Under the pieces are notes generated by a model. The model made no database searches and was not told the DNA's origin. It saw only the letters and a list, made by a program, of their open reading frames with translations. A stretch of 64,000 nucleotides of DNA, taken from positions 109,447-173,446 of the forward strand of contig DF237095.1 of assembly GCA_000708835.1 (NCBI GenBank), read 5' to 3'. The position numbers and the translations under genes were made by a program. Positions 1 to 12,600 of this stretch are shown here, one piece after another (positions within the stretch are counted from its first letter, which is position 1; every line of letters begins with the position of its first letter). Origin of the DNA: Klebsormidium nitens (taxonomy: Eukaryota; Plantae; Klebsormidiophyceae).

Positions 1-1916
1 TTTGAGTTGCGGACTGGTTTCTCAGAACTAAGAAATTATGCTGTGAGACGACAGATCATGTCAGTCTGCAGCTTTGCAGAGTACTGTCATAGAATGCCTC
101 CCGATTGCCCTCTCAGAAGTTGCATGGAGACATGAGGGCAAAGACTGCTAATCAGGCTGCTAACTCAACTCAACCGTGTAGAAGCCTGCAGAACACGAAA
201 ACAAGGGTTTAGGTGAACCAGGGTCTTCTAGAGACACAATGGTTTTGGCCCAAAATGTCATGCCCTTGTCAAAACACCGCGGTAAATATCCCGCATTGGG
301 AGAATTATGAATGATCAACTTGGGCAAAGACCAAGACTTTTTCTAGCATGATTTGGAGCTGGCGGCGGGGCACCCCGTTTTTCATCTGCATTCCTGTCAT
401 GTACATGAGGTCTCTGTTGAAAAAGGGCAACGAATATTCTGTGCACAAACAGTGGGATATCAATAGGAAACCCTCTCATAGTGGATACTTGAAAGCTGAG
501 CTGGCACATGGAAGTCCCCTCTAAGATCTGAGAAGCTTTGAAGTGTTTCAGAGCTTTGTAGCAACAAAATCGAGCATTGAACAAGGTGGAAACTTTCACG
601 GGGAGCGGGACTCAGATTATAAGCTGCATGAGCCATGATGTCGACACAGCTTGTACTCCTGTCAGACAGCATTGCATTCAGATTGTGACTACAAATCATG
701 CAACTGATCTTTGATCCACATACTATTGAGGAGCGAATGGCTGGACATTTGCATGTAATGAGCTTTCAAGCTTTTTCAAACCGACTGAATTGCTCATACT
801 CAGCCAGCATGCCATTCCTTCCTTCACGTCCTGATCGCCACAAAGATTCAAACATGCAGAGCTCCACCTTCCTGATGCTGACGTCAATCACCACCAAAGC
901 CCCACGACTCTGATTCTTTCACCCTTGTCGCGAACCCCATAGACATTCTTACCTTGCATGGAACGACGCGAGAATAGGCCAACCGCCCTTTTAAGACTGC
1001 TGCTGCAACCAATGCTCCCCAACGCTGGTGTGATGTGCGGTGCTGTGAAAGTTGGACCTCTGAGGTATGGAGGAGGTATGTTGACAAGGTTTGCACTTCA
1101 ACTTCATTTTCCAAGCAATGTGTGTTCACACTGCAACTTCACAGTTCCACTCGATCAGGAGGATAAAACAGAAGATTCTTCCATGGGCAGATCTCATCCA
1201 TGGAGCAGCTCATGATTCATCCTCCTTTTGTCTCGCGAGGAGTCCTCGACGAGGCATATGCCACATGTATGTAAAGCAGGGCGGATACGGTCTACCGGGA
1301 GCTTTTGACCCTGAAAGAAGGAGAGGCAATGAACCCGGTCGATACTCCCGTGCTTTTGACACTCGTAAAGGTAGAGGATGCCTGCCCGGCCACGGTCTTG
1401 TCTACCATGTACAAGCTTGTGCATGCAATTCTGACTCAAATTTCCATATACCTATATTCAGTTAAATGAACAGGGTGCATCGTTAAAGTACACTCTGCCA
1501 CACTTTCCATGTAGATGCACAGGCCAGGCATGGCATTTGTGGAAAGGGCAAACAAATGAATTGCATGTGAGCCTCCAGACAAGCGAATGGCCTGTACATG
1601 GACCTTTGCAGAGAACAAGCGATCATGTGTAGTGAATCGTCGAACATGTGTTTCATGCCAGATGGGATAAAAACGATACAATTATGTCCGTGTCCGTTGC
1701 CATAGTTGTGCAGGCTACTTTTTGAAACCGGCGGCTTGCATAAGCCTCCATTCGATGGCTGCCTCAATTACATGCTGGCATGATGAAAGTAGAATCTTAA
1801 TATAGATCACTCTTGAAGGTAAGCCTACTAGCAACCGCCAGAAGATTGCTCAGACCCTAATCATGTCGGTAAACAGTTTGGTGTGGACTGCACCGCAAAT
1901 GTCCTTCGAGTTCCCC

Positions 1917-4536
1917 TCAATCGTCCTCTTCTTGTGCTGGGACCACCGAGTTGTAGTGCTCCCCAAGCCCATAAGCATGGTGATGGTACGATAACCGGAG
2001 TGGCTGCGTCGCCCCGCGCTCGTACTCTTTACCCATCTCCACCACTGGCAGACTTGCAGAATAGACACTGATGTGCTGCCTCAAGGCGTGTGCCAACGCC
2101 CCCAGTTCTAGTTGCCCCCCCCAGGTAGCCGTTTCTTCCACCTCTTTACAATAGGCCTCGAACTGGGCATCGGGATCGCCCTCGTGCTCTGTCGCGTGCT
2201 CCGTGACGAACGGCAAGAAATCGTCCTTGTGAGCCCGCATGTAGACAGCAGCGAGTTTCCGAAGGCTGAGGTAGTCTTGGATGAGATTGGAGGGCTGCCC
2301 TTGTAACTGCAGAAACGAAGGCACGGGTTTGAGATGTTGCACAGGTGCGTATGGTAAGGGTATCTCATCGACCTAAGAATGAAAGGGGTTAGAAAAAACC
2401 CCTGCTTCCGTGTGTGAGGGCAACCCGTTTCTTTGCAAACAGCTTCTTTGCAAACGGCCAAAATGAAAGAATGTGTTTACATCTTCATCTGACGGACAAT
2501 TCTGGCCCCAGAGCACCGGGGATGAACACCAAAAGGAATCAACAATCGGTGATACGACAGGTCAGAGTTGGCAATCGGCTCGTAAATCAAAGTTCAAGCA
2601 GCTTCTTGGTGCAACCTTAAGAAGGATCCATCTGTACAAGGAGGGTACCCCAAACCGCATAGAGGGCAAACGACTGCCCTGGCACAGAATGTTTTGCGCA
2701 GCGCTTTCGATCCTTCTTCGAAATATGCGTTCACGAAGCCATTGGGGGATTTACTTCCTAAAGCAAGGCAGATTCAGCACTTCGTCTGACCATCTCAGCT
2801 TGTAGATTTCTTTCTCGATCTCCGACCTGCCAAGACTGGAGACTGGAAGGACGTTGCGTACCCTTAGAAAAAAGTGGAATCTGAACGTGAGGATGCAGAC
2901 CTTTCCTGGGCACAACGAACTGAGCAGACGATTCGAGAAAGGGAACCGCATTGCCGTCGAAGCAGCTGGGCCGCTTCGAGCGGACGTCCTCCCTCACCTG
3001 CAACTGATCCTCCACCGCGCGGTACAGACAGTGCCCGTCCGGCTTGATCTCCTTCAGCGCCAACCCCAGCGGACTCAGCTTTTCCGCTAACCTCTGGTTC
3101 TCGATAACCCGCTCGCTAACCACCCCGCTCTGCTCCTGCTGGATCCGCTGTTCCCGCTCCACCTCCTGCTTCATCTTCGCATCCCTCCGCTTCTGCGCCT
3201 TGCTCGGTCCGCGCTGCGGACCCACGCTTGTCCCCGCTATTGCGCGGATCAAAGTGTCCATATCGTCCGGCTTCTTGCCTTCGGCGCTCTCAGCCTCCTT
3301 CTCGCCGAACCCAAGGGCGGCCAGCTCTTTCGCTTGGCGCTTCCTGCAGATGGGGGGCCACAAGCGTTGGCTTGGAGCCTCTCGACTAACTTCAGAAGGC
3401 TTGGCCGCTTTTAGGTTTCGCCTGACATCGTGCGACTTACAAAGAATCAAGACCGTCCGGAGATGGTGACTAGATTCTGTAACGTGGAATCAAATATTCG
3501 TCGTGGTTGTTACTTCTTTTTGAAGCATCGACATAAAACTCTATCTGTACCGTTTCATCCTTTTCGAAAGTCCACTAACATCCTCCAGGTAAGGATTCCT
3601 GCAAGATGTTGCAAAATCCATCTCGAAAATCAACACTCGAGGTAGCGAGTCCACTAGCCTCTCCGGATATGTTGTACCTCATTCCTATAAAACTGCCCCC
3701 TCGCAAACCAGGATATCGGTAAGAAGTACGATACAAGCAGATCTGGAACCAGGAGCGCACCAGAAGAAAGAGACGGCACCCTTACTTGAGCGATGCATCC
3801 AGCTTTGCAATCTGCTCGTCAACAGCGTGCTTGGCTGCTTTCTGCGCGGCCTTGCTGCCCTTTGCGGCCTGCTTCTTCAGCTCGATCTCCTTGCCTTGCA
3901 GGGCCTTGATTTCCTTGCGGTGCCGCGCCAGCACCTCTTCGCGGGTCTCCTTTGGAGCGCCTGCAGCAAGGCCTTCCGAGGTGTGAGTCAGAAATCTTAC
4001 CTCCTGTCCTGCCCGTGAAATCCTTGATTCAAACCGAGACTGGGGTTGCTGTTGCAAATGATGACATGGGGAAAGGTGTAGGGCTTTGGGCGGCCTCCTC
4101 GGCAAGACTACGTCAAGGCCAGAAAGGTTGAATTTTTTTGCACTTCTTATTGCACCCAAGGCTCGCCACGTCACGGCTTCCAAAGCGGTTCCTGGTCTTT
4201 GTCCCACTATTGCTTCTCTCCTTGACCCCAGCTCTGCCAGAAGGTTGGTTCTGTCCAGAAAGAACGGGTTGCAGAGAGCATTTACCTTATTATGGCAAAA
4301 GAAAGCCAAAGCTCAAGCTTAACTCCCCCTCAAAGAATCTTTGCAAGAATTGCCTTGTCGGGCAAATACGGAAATACTGCCTTAAAACAATGGGGCTTAT
4401 CGAAGCAGATCCACATTTCATGCCCCATCCAGAACAAAGGTTGGAACCTACCATTGGATTCAGAGGGAGTCGAATCCTCAACTGCTGCCCCTTCATCCAG
4501 GTTTGAAAGGCCCGGAGCCCCCTCAGTCTCGCTCAT
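1917..4536 (-). CDS. OTU-domain deubiquitinase (OTU6B/OTLD1-like), 4 exons, ~331 aa
   Basis: Exons 4536-4452, 3960-3786, 3343-2998, 2306-1917, all GT-AG with matching phases (996 nt). OTU catalytic Cys box '[16 protein letters not shown]', '[10 protein letters not shown]' and His box '[16 protein letters not shown]', plus a coiled-coil N-terminus '[10 protein letters not shown]'. Confidence 0.93.
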
Positions 4537-5047
4537 CTTTGCGGTTACTTTTGTCTGCAAACACCAACCACTGTCATAGAGACGACAACATCCGGCCAGC
4601 TCTTGGTGACATCAGAGATCGTTACAAGCAAGTGACCTTAATCTGCAAGAGCCGGTACTCAAGTTGAATGAGATGCAGACGTATCATTTGTCTGGAATGG
4701 TAAGACGAAGCGCGCGACACAAATATTCGCACTTCAATATGGAGTTACTTACCAGGTAAGTATAGAAGGTAAATACAGTTGCTTCAGATTCAATATCCGC
4801 TGCACAGTACCAGAGAAAAGACAGTGAGTGAAAACAGCGTCTCCGCTGCCAATTTTGTGGGGAGCTTGTGCAAGCAGAAGCTCGACCAGGCAGGACTCGT
4901 TCCTGAAAAGCAATCACAGCGGCAAGTCATACTGACCACATGGCAAGGACTAAGAAAGCGAGACAGTTTGCAGCTTGATCTGGTTGGACAGAATGTTTCC
5001 GCCCTTATTCAAAGGAAACAAGATGGTGGCAAAACAGACAGGCCCAC

Positions 5048-5899
5048 CTACGTCTGCTTAGTGTAGGCTGAAGAGGACGCCGACTTTCTTGTCCTGAAAA
5101 AGCCGTACACTAGTGGAAGCACCACCCCGACAACCATAACAGCTGCTCCCAGGATGTACCTGACATTGGAGAGGATAGCGTGAGTTTTAAATGTCTTCCA
5201 TCAAGGACAATTGAAAGAAATAAATTGCCAAAGCAACATCCTGAGCATGAAACTCTTGAATCCATAATGTTGCTATTGGGCCTACAAGCTAACGACGGCG
5301 TCGACATCAGCAACCACTCAAGGTAGGTGTGCAAGCAGCGGTTGCCCCACCTTGTGGGAGTTGGTGACTCAACCTCTAACAGGTGACGAACCTGCATCAC
5401 AAGACGAGCGGCAGATCGAAAGGAAGAGTCAATACTGCGCAGCCATCAGGTCAAGTTTCTGTGCCAAAACAATGAGTTTCCCAGCTGGCATCAGCAGTAC
5501 GGTAAACAATCTTTCCTCAATTAGTATCCTCAATGTCCGCAGGGCACCAGTCACGTCACTATTCCAAAACTTTATATTGACAGTTCATATTCAGGGGAGA
5601 AGAACGTTACGAAGTGGCAGGAGATAAGAACGTTAAGAAGTAGCAGGAAATAGTTGATGCCAGAGATCCACTCAACCCCAGCAATTGCTTGAAGTTGATG
5701 CCTGATTTGTGCACTTGTGGGAGCCTGGATCCCCATAGTGCGCCACCAGCATTGACAAAAAGCAGAAAAGTAGCCGCCGACAAAAAATCCGAGTGTTCGT
5801 CACCTAAAGTGGCTATCGCAACCTCCAACAGTACCCAACACAAGATAGTTAGCAGGTGCAATGCAAGCTGGCCCATTTGACCATCAGGCTTACCGGCAT
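5048..5899 (-). CDS. Small single-pass membrane protein (~52 aa), conserved plant-type
   Basis: Exons 5899-5894 (ATG CCG|gtaag), 5391-5351, 5159-5048 give MPVRHLLEVESPTPTRYILGAAVMVVGVVLPLVYGFFRTRKSASSSAYTKQT*. An alternative in-frame ATG at 5397 gives MQVRH.... One hydrophobic helix is followed by a basic tail. It resembles small plant proteins ending ...SSSSYSKQT (recalled, not searched). A donor-like GTAGGT overlaps the stop, so one more 3' exon is possible. Confidence 0.7.
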
Positions 5900-6688
5900 G
5901 TTGTACAATTTTACGGCGACCTCAACCACGCTTCACCTTGATCAGCTTCCCCTACTTAGAAATCCTGCGCATCCTTCCGTTCCTTTTCTGTATTCCCAGA
6001 GAATAGGTAGAAGCCACAGAGAGATCTTTAGGCCTTTCAGGATTGCCACGACAAAGGTCTCTGCTGACGGATTCCAGCGTGCTTTCCTGGCACCCTTGGC
6101 ATGGCATAGAAGCGTAGAGCGCGCTTCCTGCTGAGCCAGAGTCCACAATGATACCTGCCGCCTGCGCCTTAACTTGCATACCTATACAGATTGGGCTGTA
6201 CGTCAATGGGCTTCGAAGTCGTATTCTCTTGCATAACCCAGCGACTTTGACCAGCCTATATAATGTTCCCGTATTGCATGGGGGCTGTAAAACCTGACAC
6301 TTGATGCTAATTTCATTACCCCTTCCCGAACATGTCACCTTGGTTGGAAGAGCTAGAATAAACGCGCGCATGTATAAGGGCTAGAAGGACCTTCATATGA
6401 ACTGGCTCACATATGATTTGGTTTGATCCACGTATTACTATAGGTAATAATATTCATGGTGCGACGTAGCCTTAGGCCTGCGTTCTTGGTCTTGCCATTG
6501 ATGTCCAGTGAAACATGGTGCACACAGTTCCTGCAGAATGTGGTGGCGGCCCAAGAAGCAGCTGCTGATGGCGGTGGGTAGGGCGTTGCATGCTAATGCA
6601 CAGGCCAGCATTCTAGTCAGCAGCTGCAGAGTCTAGTTTTGTGTTGTGTCGCTTCAGCGTTGCTTTTGTCCTGATTCTGTAGGTGCGA

Positions 6689-9600
6689 ATGGCAGGAACG
6701 TGTTTGTTATGTTCTTTGGCGGCAGGAAAACAGGCATTGGCGCGCTTTTCCAACTTGGATAGGAGCGCGGGCCTGGCTTCCAGAGAGGGGTCAGCAGCCA
6801 AACTTGTGGCTGGAACAAATGAGATGCGAACAAATGCGGTTCTAGGGAGAGGAAAAGCTGCAGCATTGAGGACGAGCAAACCCCTGTTGAGCACGAGGTC
6901 TCCCCTGGCTGCAGATTGCAAGCTACCTGGTAATGGTGTTGCATTGCGAAACATCTTTTTGCATACAGCATCATCAGAAAGGCGCCGGCAGTGTCAGGGG
7001 GCGCCCTTGCATAGAAAAGCAGCGGGGTGGTACAGACAAGGCGCCGACACCCTCGCTAGAAAAGTTGAGTGCGTTGAGGAGGGGTGGGGGGCCCAGACAA
7101 AAGGACCGCGTTCTGTGAAAGTTACTTTGGGGAGGGCGTCGGAATGCTTGCCTAAACGGCCGTGTCTCGTACGTGTACAATTTCCTGCCCCGCTTTGCCA
7201 TGCTCCTCGTAGGCTTTGTCCTCTACGGGCAAGCACTTCGGACGCTGAGCCAGCTGTCGGGATGGCGTCAGACCTACCGTCCGAAAGGTCGGACAGCGCC
7301 GGCAGCCAAGCTGCCAGCTCTCCGTCCAAGCTGGAAACTGACGCGGGGCCGTTAGAAAAAATCTTTGGGTCAGAGGAGGTGGGGACATCTTCGAATGACG
7401 AGACTTCGTTCGATGGGGGTACAACTAGTCAGGGGGAGGAAGACACGCGGGGCTATCGGCGCGAGACGGTGCTTCCGCATCGGCAGCTGCGGGAGGAGGT
7501 TAAGGGCCGGCGGTCAACCAAACCCTGGCGGCCTAACAAGCCCGAGCGCCGGTCGGCCAGCCACGATTTGGCGCAGACTCACTATAAGAATCAGGTGAGT
7601 GGACCCTCTGCGAGGGAACGCGAACCTTGGCTTTATGAGACTGACTCAGAGGGCGAGGAGGAGGAAGAAGAAGAGCGAGATGATTACTTGGGGGCCGCGC
7701 CGCACTTAGAAAAGCTGCCAGAACCTCGTAGGGGGTTCCGTAAAGCTACGAAAAGGGGGGAAGGTTTAGAGCTCAGGGTGCTTAAAGGCGCGCGGTTAGA
7801 CAGCGGTCTCCGCCGCCCGAGTAGGCCGAAAAGGAGATCGACAGAGGGGGCGCCGGCTGCGGTTGCGTCAGATCAGGTGAGACACGGTGGTGCAGCTTGA
7901 TTAAAAGTGGATCATCTTGTTCCAGAGTCAATTTTGGTCCAGTGAGACTGCCCGGAGGGAATCAACGAGCACAAGTGGAGAAAGGTAACCAAGTCTTAAA
8001 GCCGTCGCACTGGCTTTTTGTGAGGCCAGCATAAGTCTTACCGGAGTGGGCCAGCGTCGAGGCATTGGCTTTGTCATTAAGGATTCAGGCCCTGTTTCTG
8101 CGTAAAGTCAATTGGAATACATGCAATTAGACAGCCGTGAAACAAGTATGGTAACCAGTTTGAGCGGAAGGCTAGGACACTCCAGACCCTCTTCTGGCCA
8201 GCCATCTGTTTGGCATATGACGCAAACAGTTGGTCATCTCAAGTTGTACATCTATGACGTGATTGCGAAACGAACTCGAGGTGGCAGCATTGGAGCTTTC
8301 AAGCTACACCACCTACCCATCAAGGCACCCAAGTCTCACATCTCGTTTGGATTGCCCCAGGACTTTCCTCTAGATGATGCCCTCGGCCGAATGCTCGTGT
8401 ATTGGTTTGACCAGGCTTTGCTTAAGCAGTTCCAATTACAGATTATTAAGCCAAAAGTCTCTTCCGGAGGAGAAAATGTAGACAGCATTACAAGTGATCC
8501 CCTTAACCGACTTCACTGGCCACACCCTTGCGAGCCTCCTTACCCAAGCACCTTAGGTCAGTGCGCACATACAACTTGGAGAGGCGCGGAAGGAAACTAA
8601 AACGACAAGAGATTCGAATTTGCCACCACCTCTCCTTTGAACCAACTCCTATCAACCCATTCGTACTTCCACGCAGGGTGGCGCCACGAAAGACCTTCAC
8701 AACGACGAGTTTGGCGTAACGCTGTACCTGCGGCCAGGCTCGCTCGGGTGCGTGACGTGGGTCATGCGCGCGCTCGAGGCGCAGCCAAAAGAGGGGAAGC
8801 TGGACGACCTTTTGGACACGATGCTCGAGGAAGCGCCCGTGACGGTCTCCGACATGGGGAACGTGATGAAGCGGTTGATGGAGCAGCGGAGGTGGCGGCG
8901 CTTGTTGCAGGTAGGGAGGAGTTGTTCCAATCGAAGTGACGTGTCTTGAAGGCAGTAAATATTCCTGTCTTTTTATGCTTACGGTTATGAGAGCTTTGGA
9001 TATGAGTAAATGATGTTGGAGCGGCGGAGGTGGCGGCTGTTGGTGCGGTTAGGTCTTTTCCTGGGTTGGAGTGGCGTCTTGTGAAGGCGAGAAGTGTGCC
9101 TTCGTCAACCTGCTTCTCTTTTGACCCATCTTTTGATACCTAGCTTTGGTCTGGTTAGACTATTAATGAACACAAGCGCTGGCGGCGAGAAGTTCAACGT
9201 CCAAGCGGCGATTCTCGATTCAATGCGTTTGCCTCGTCAGTGCTGCGCTCAAGATTGCCAGTTGGTGGCTTATGTTCGTCCAAGCGCTGTTGCAGCAACT
9301 GCCCTGGCGGCGGCAGCTGCGGATTGAAGAAAAGGGTACTTTTTGAGTCATCCTTTGTGAACAACGGCAGTTTGTTGTTCTTTTTTGTGACCAGTCTGAC
9401 GGTACGTATCTGCAAACGGGCGAGAGACACTCGGCCTTTGGAAGTCGTTCTCTGAGCCCTTCCCGGTACCTACTTTAAGCAGGTTTGCGCGGAGACGTTG
9501 ACGTGGTTATGGGTATGCTGCACCTTGGCGAAGCCTCTCAATGGACGAAAAACGTAATCCTTAACGACGTACTTTCTCCCTTTCTCGTCTCGTCGGCTGC

Positions 9601-12600
9601 ATCATTACAGAAATCCGTGAAGCTCTCTGAATCAGCCCCAGCTTATCACAACAATCTTTCTTTACCTTTGACCTCGTCTCTGAAGCCGTCTGGAAAAGGA
9701 GCGTCCCTATCAAGCAGAGAGTTGCCCCACGAGACCGAAACCGTCCACAACAGAAGGGTGGAGTCACGAATTGCTCAAACGATGCCCCGTTTTGAATCGC
9801 AGGTCCTCGAATACCTCGAAGCCCGCAACTTCGCGCTCGCGTCCTACTACCACATCGCGATCGACGCGCTCGGCCGGTGCCGTCGCTACAAGGAAGCGGG
9901 CGAGCTGTTCCGCTCGGAACGGTGCCCCAAAAACACGTTCACGTACAATGTCGTCATGCAAATCTACACGCGCCAAGGGAAGATCGAGAAAGCGGAGGAG
10001 GTCTTCAAGGAGATGCGGACAGCAGGGGTGGTGGTCGAGGCGCGGACGTACAACGTTCTTATCGACTATTACTATAAGCGGAGGGGGGGCTTCGATAAGG
10101 CGCTGGTGAGTCGTTCAACCGCATGCTGTACCAGCAGATGCTAGCAGAGGGTATTAACACGGATCTCATCACCCACAGCATGCTTGTCAGCAACTCCGGG
10201 CGGCCAGTTCCGTTTATCTCCTTCCTCTTTCTGTCAAAGGTCCGCCTCTCTTTTTGGGTTCTGTACGACAGATGCTGGCGGAAGGCATTGACCCGTGTAC
10301 GGCTTGCTCATCAGCAGCTGCGGGCAGCTCGATCCGTCCATCTTCAAACCGTTCTTGTTGATTCCGCTTCTCTCAGAATTCCGCTCGGTTTTCGTTTGGA
10401 GCTGTGCCGGCAGATGCCGGCAAAAGGTATTGACCCAGATCGCGTGACGTATAGCACGCTGCCGGTAGTTCCTCTATTCTCCTCAAGTTTCATTATAATA
10501 TGTGCAGGTTGTCTCGAGAATTCCGTTTTGCTTTTCTCAGGAGCTGTACGGGCAAATGCTGGCAGAAGGTATCCACCTGACTCGCGTCACTAATGACAGG
10601 ATCATCAGCGGCTGCGACATCTTCATCTAAAGCCCAATTCCTATTCATGATTACGTTTGATTTGAAAGTATACTTTCTCTCAAATCCGCTTTTCTTTTTC
10701 AGGAGCTGTACCAGCTAATGCTAGAAGAAGGCATCGACCCGGACCTTGTGCCGTACAGCATGCCCCATCTGCAGTTGCGGCAACTTCATGCGACACCGGT
10801 GCTACATTGTGTATACGTTAATATATCGTTCAAACAAGTATGCTCTTTCACAAACCCCCCATTCCTTTCTCAGGAGCTGTATGGCCAGATGCTGGCAGAA
10901 GGCATCGACCCGGACCGCATGACGCACAGCATGCTCACCAGCGGCTGCGGCAGCTAAGCTTCAAGGTAGTCATCATTCATGAACATTGTCTGGAAATAGG
11001 ACTTATTTTTCCGCTCTATATTGTCAGGAGCTTTACCGCCAGATGCTGGCGGAGGGCATCGACCCGGACCGAGTGACGTACAGCGTGCTCATCAGCTTGA
11101 GGGCCCATCAGTTTCAACCATCCCAAATACGCGCCGTCAAGAATCTCGGTTGTTCCACTCTTTCTTTCTGCCGCGCAGGCGCTGTACCAGCAAATGCTGG
11201 AAAAAAGCATTGACCCGGACCGACTGACATACAGCATGCTCATCAGCGGCTGCGGCAGCTTCGTCTGAAACTAGTCGTTCTTCGTGATCATGTTCAGTTA
11301 TGGGAAATAGACTCTGTCTCAAATTCCGCTCTCCCTTCGCAGGAGCTGTACCGGCAGATGCTGGCGGAAGGCATCGACCCAGACCGAGTGACGTACAGCA
11401 TGCTCATCAGCGGCTGCGGGCGGCTCGAGCGCAACCTTCCGGAGCAAGCGCTCGCGTTCTTTAAGGACATGAAGGAGCGCCAGGTGGAGCCGGACTTGCC
11501 GGTTTACAACGCGCTCATTGATACGCTTGGGAAGGCGGGGATGTGCGACGAGGCGGCGGCAGTGCTTGAGGTAAGAAAGTCTGGGTTTTACGGGTTCGTC
11601 ATGGTCGGGCCCCAAGAATTCAAGCGCAGGCGTTTGCGTGTTTCAAGGTATGACAGAGCGCCAAAGTTGGATTGGACCTATCCGTCTACAACGTGCTCAT
11701 CGATACGCTCGGCAATGCGGGGACGTGCGACGAGGTGGCAGCGGTACTCGAGGTAAGCGATGCCTAGGGTTGAGATTTTGAATCAGTCGTCGGGTGTAAA
11801 GGTTTGAGAGCGAGCGCTTGATTTACAGAGACACAGTGATACGCCAAGTGAAACTCGACTTGCCCGTCTATGATGGATCGAAGGCCCAGTAACCTGACCT
11901 ACATGGCGCTCATCAACTTCTACAGCCGGTGCAATCATGTTTCCCCAACTTCACTTACACATTAGCTAACATACTGTTGATCTGGAATCTTTCAGGGCAT
12001 GGAAAACACGGACTGGCGGCCAAACATCGTAACATACACATCGCTGATCGACTCGTATAGCCGGCGAGGTCGCTGGGAAGATGCGGAGGCCATTCTGGAG
12101 CGTATGAAGGAGGAAGGGAAGCGGCCGAACGTGGTCACGTATACGTGCATGCTGAACGCGTATGGCGTGGCGAAGCTGATGGATAAGGCGGAAGGGGTCA
12201 TCGACGAAATGAAAGCAGCGGTAAGCGGTTTTGGAGTTCTTTTCGTCGGGCTTGTGAGTTGGATTGTTAGCTTTCGTAAGATTTTGTAGGAGGACCCGCA
12301 TAGTCGGACGAGAATGGCGTTGCGAAGCTGATGGATAAGGCGCAGGAAGTTGTTGACGAGATGATGGCAGCGATGAGGGGTGCTGGACCTTCGCTTATCA
12401 TCGGAATTTGGTTTTGAGTTTGTTTACATCCATCGAGATTGTTTTATAAGAGCTGCCTGATTGAACGCATATGGCGTAGCAAAAGCTGCTGTCGAATTAA
12501 ACGGAGGGAGTTATCGGCGAGATGAAGGCAGCGGTAAGCGGTTTTGGGGTGTTCTTCCTTACTGGAGCTTTAGAGTCAGAGATGTTCGGATCTCCTAAGA

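Noticed and set aside
1-1800. Possible minus-strand gene or decayed element (ORFs 315-599, 884-1129, 1194-1439, 1436-1681; donor-like site at ~952)
   Set aside because: No recognisable domain and no phase-consistent exon chain could be built.
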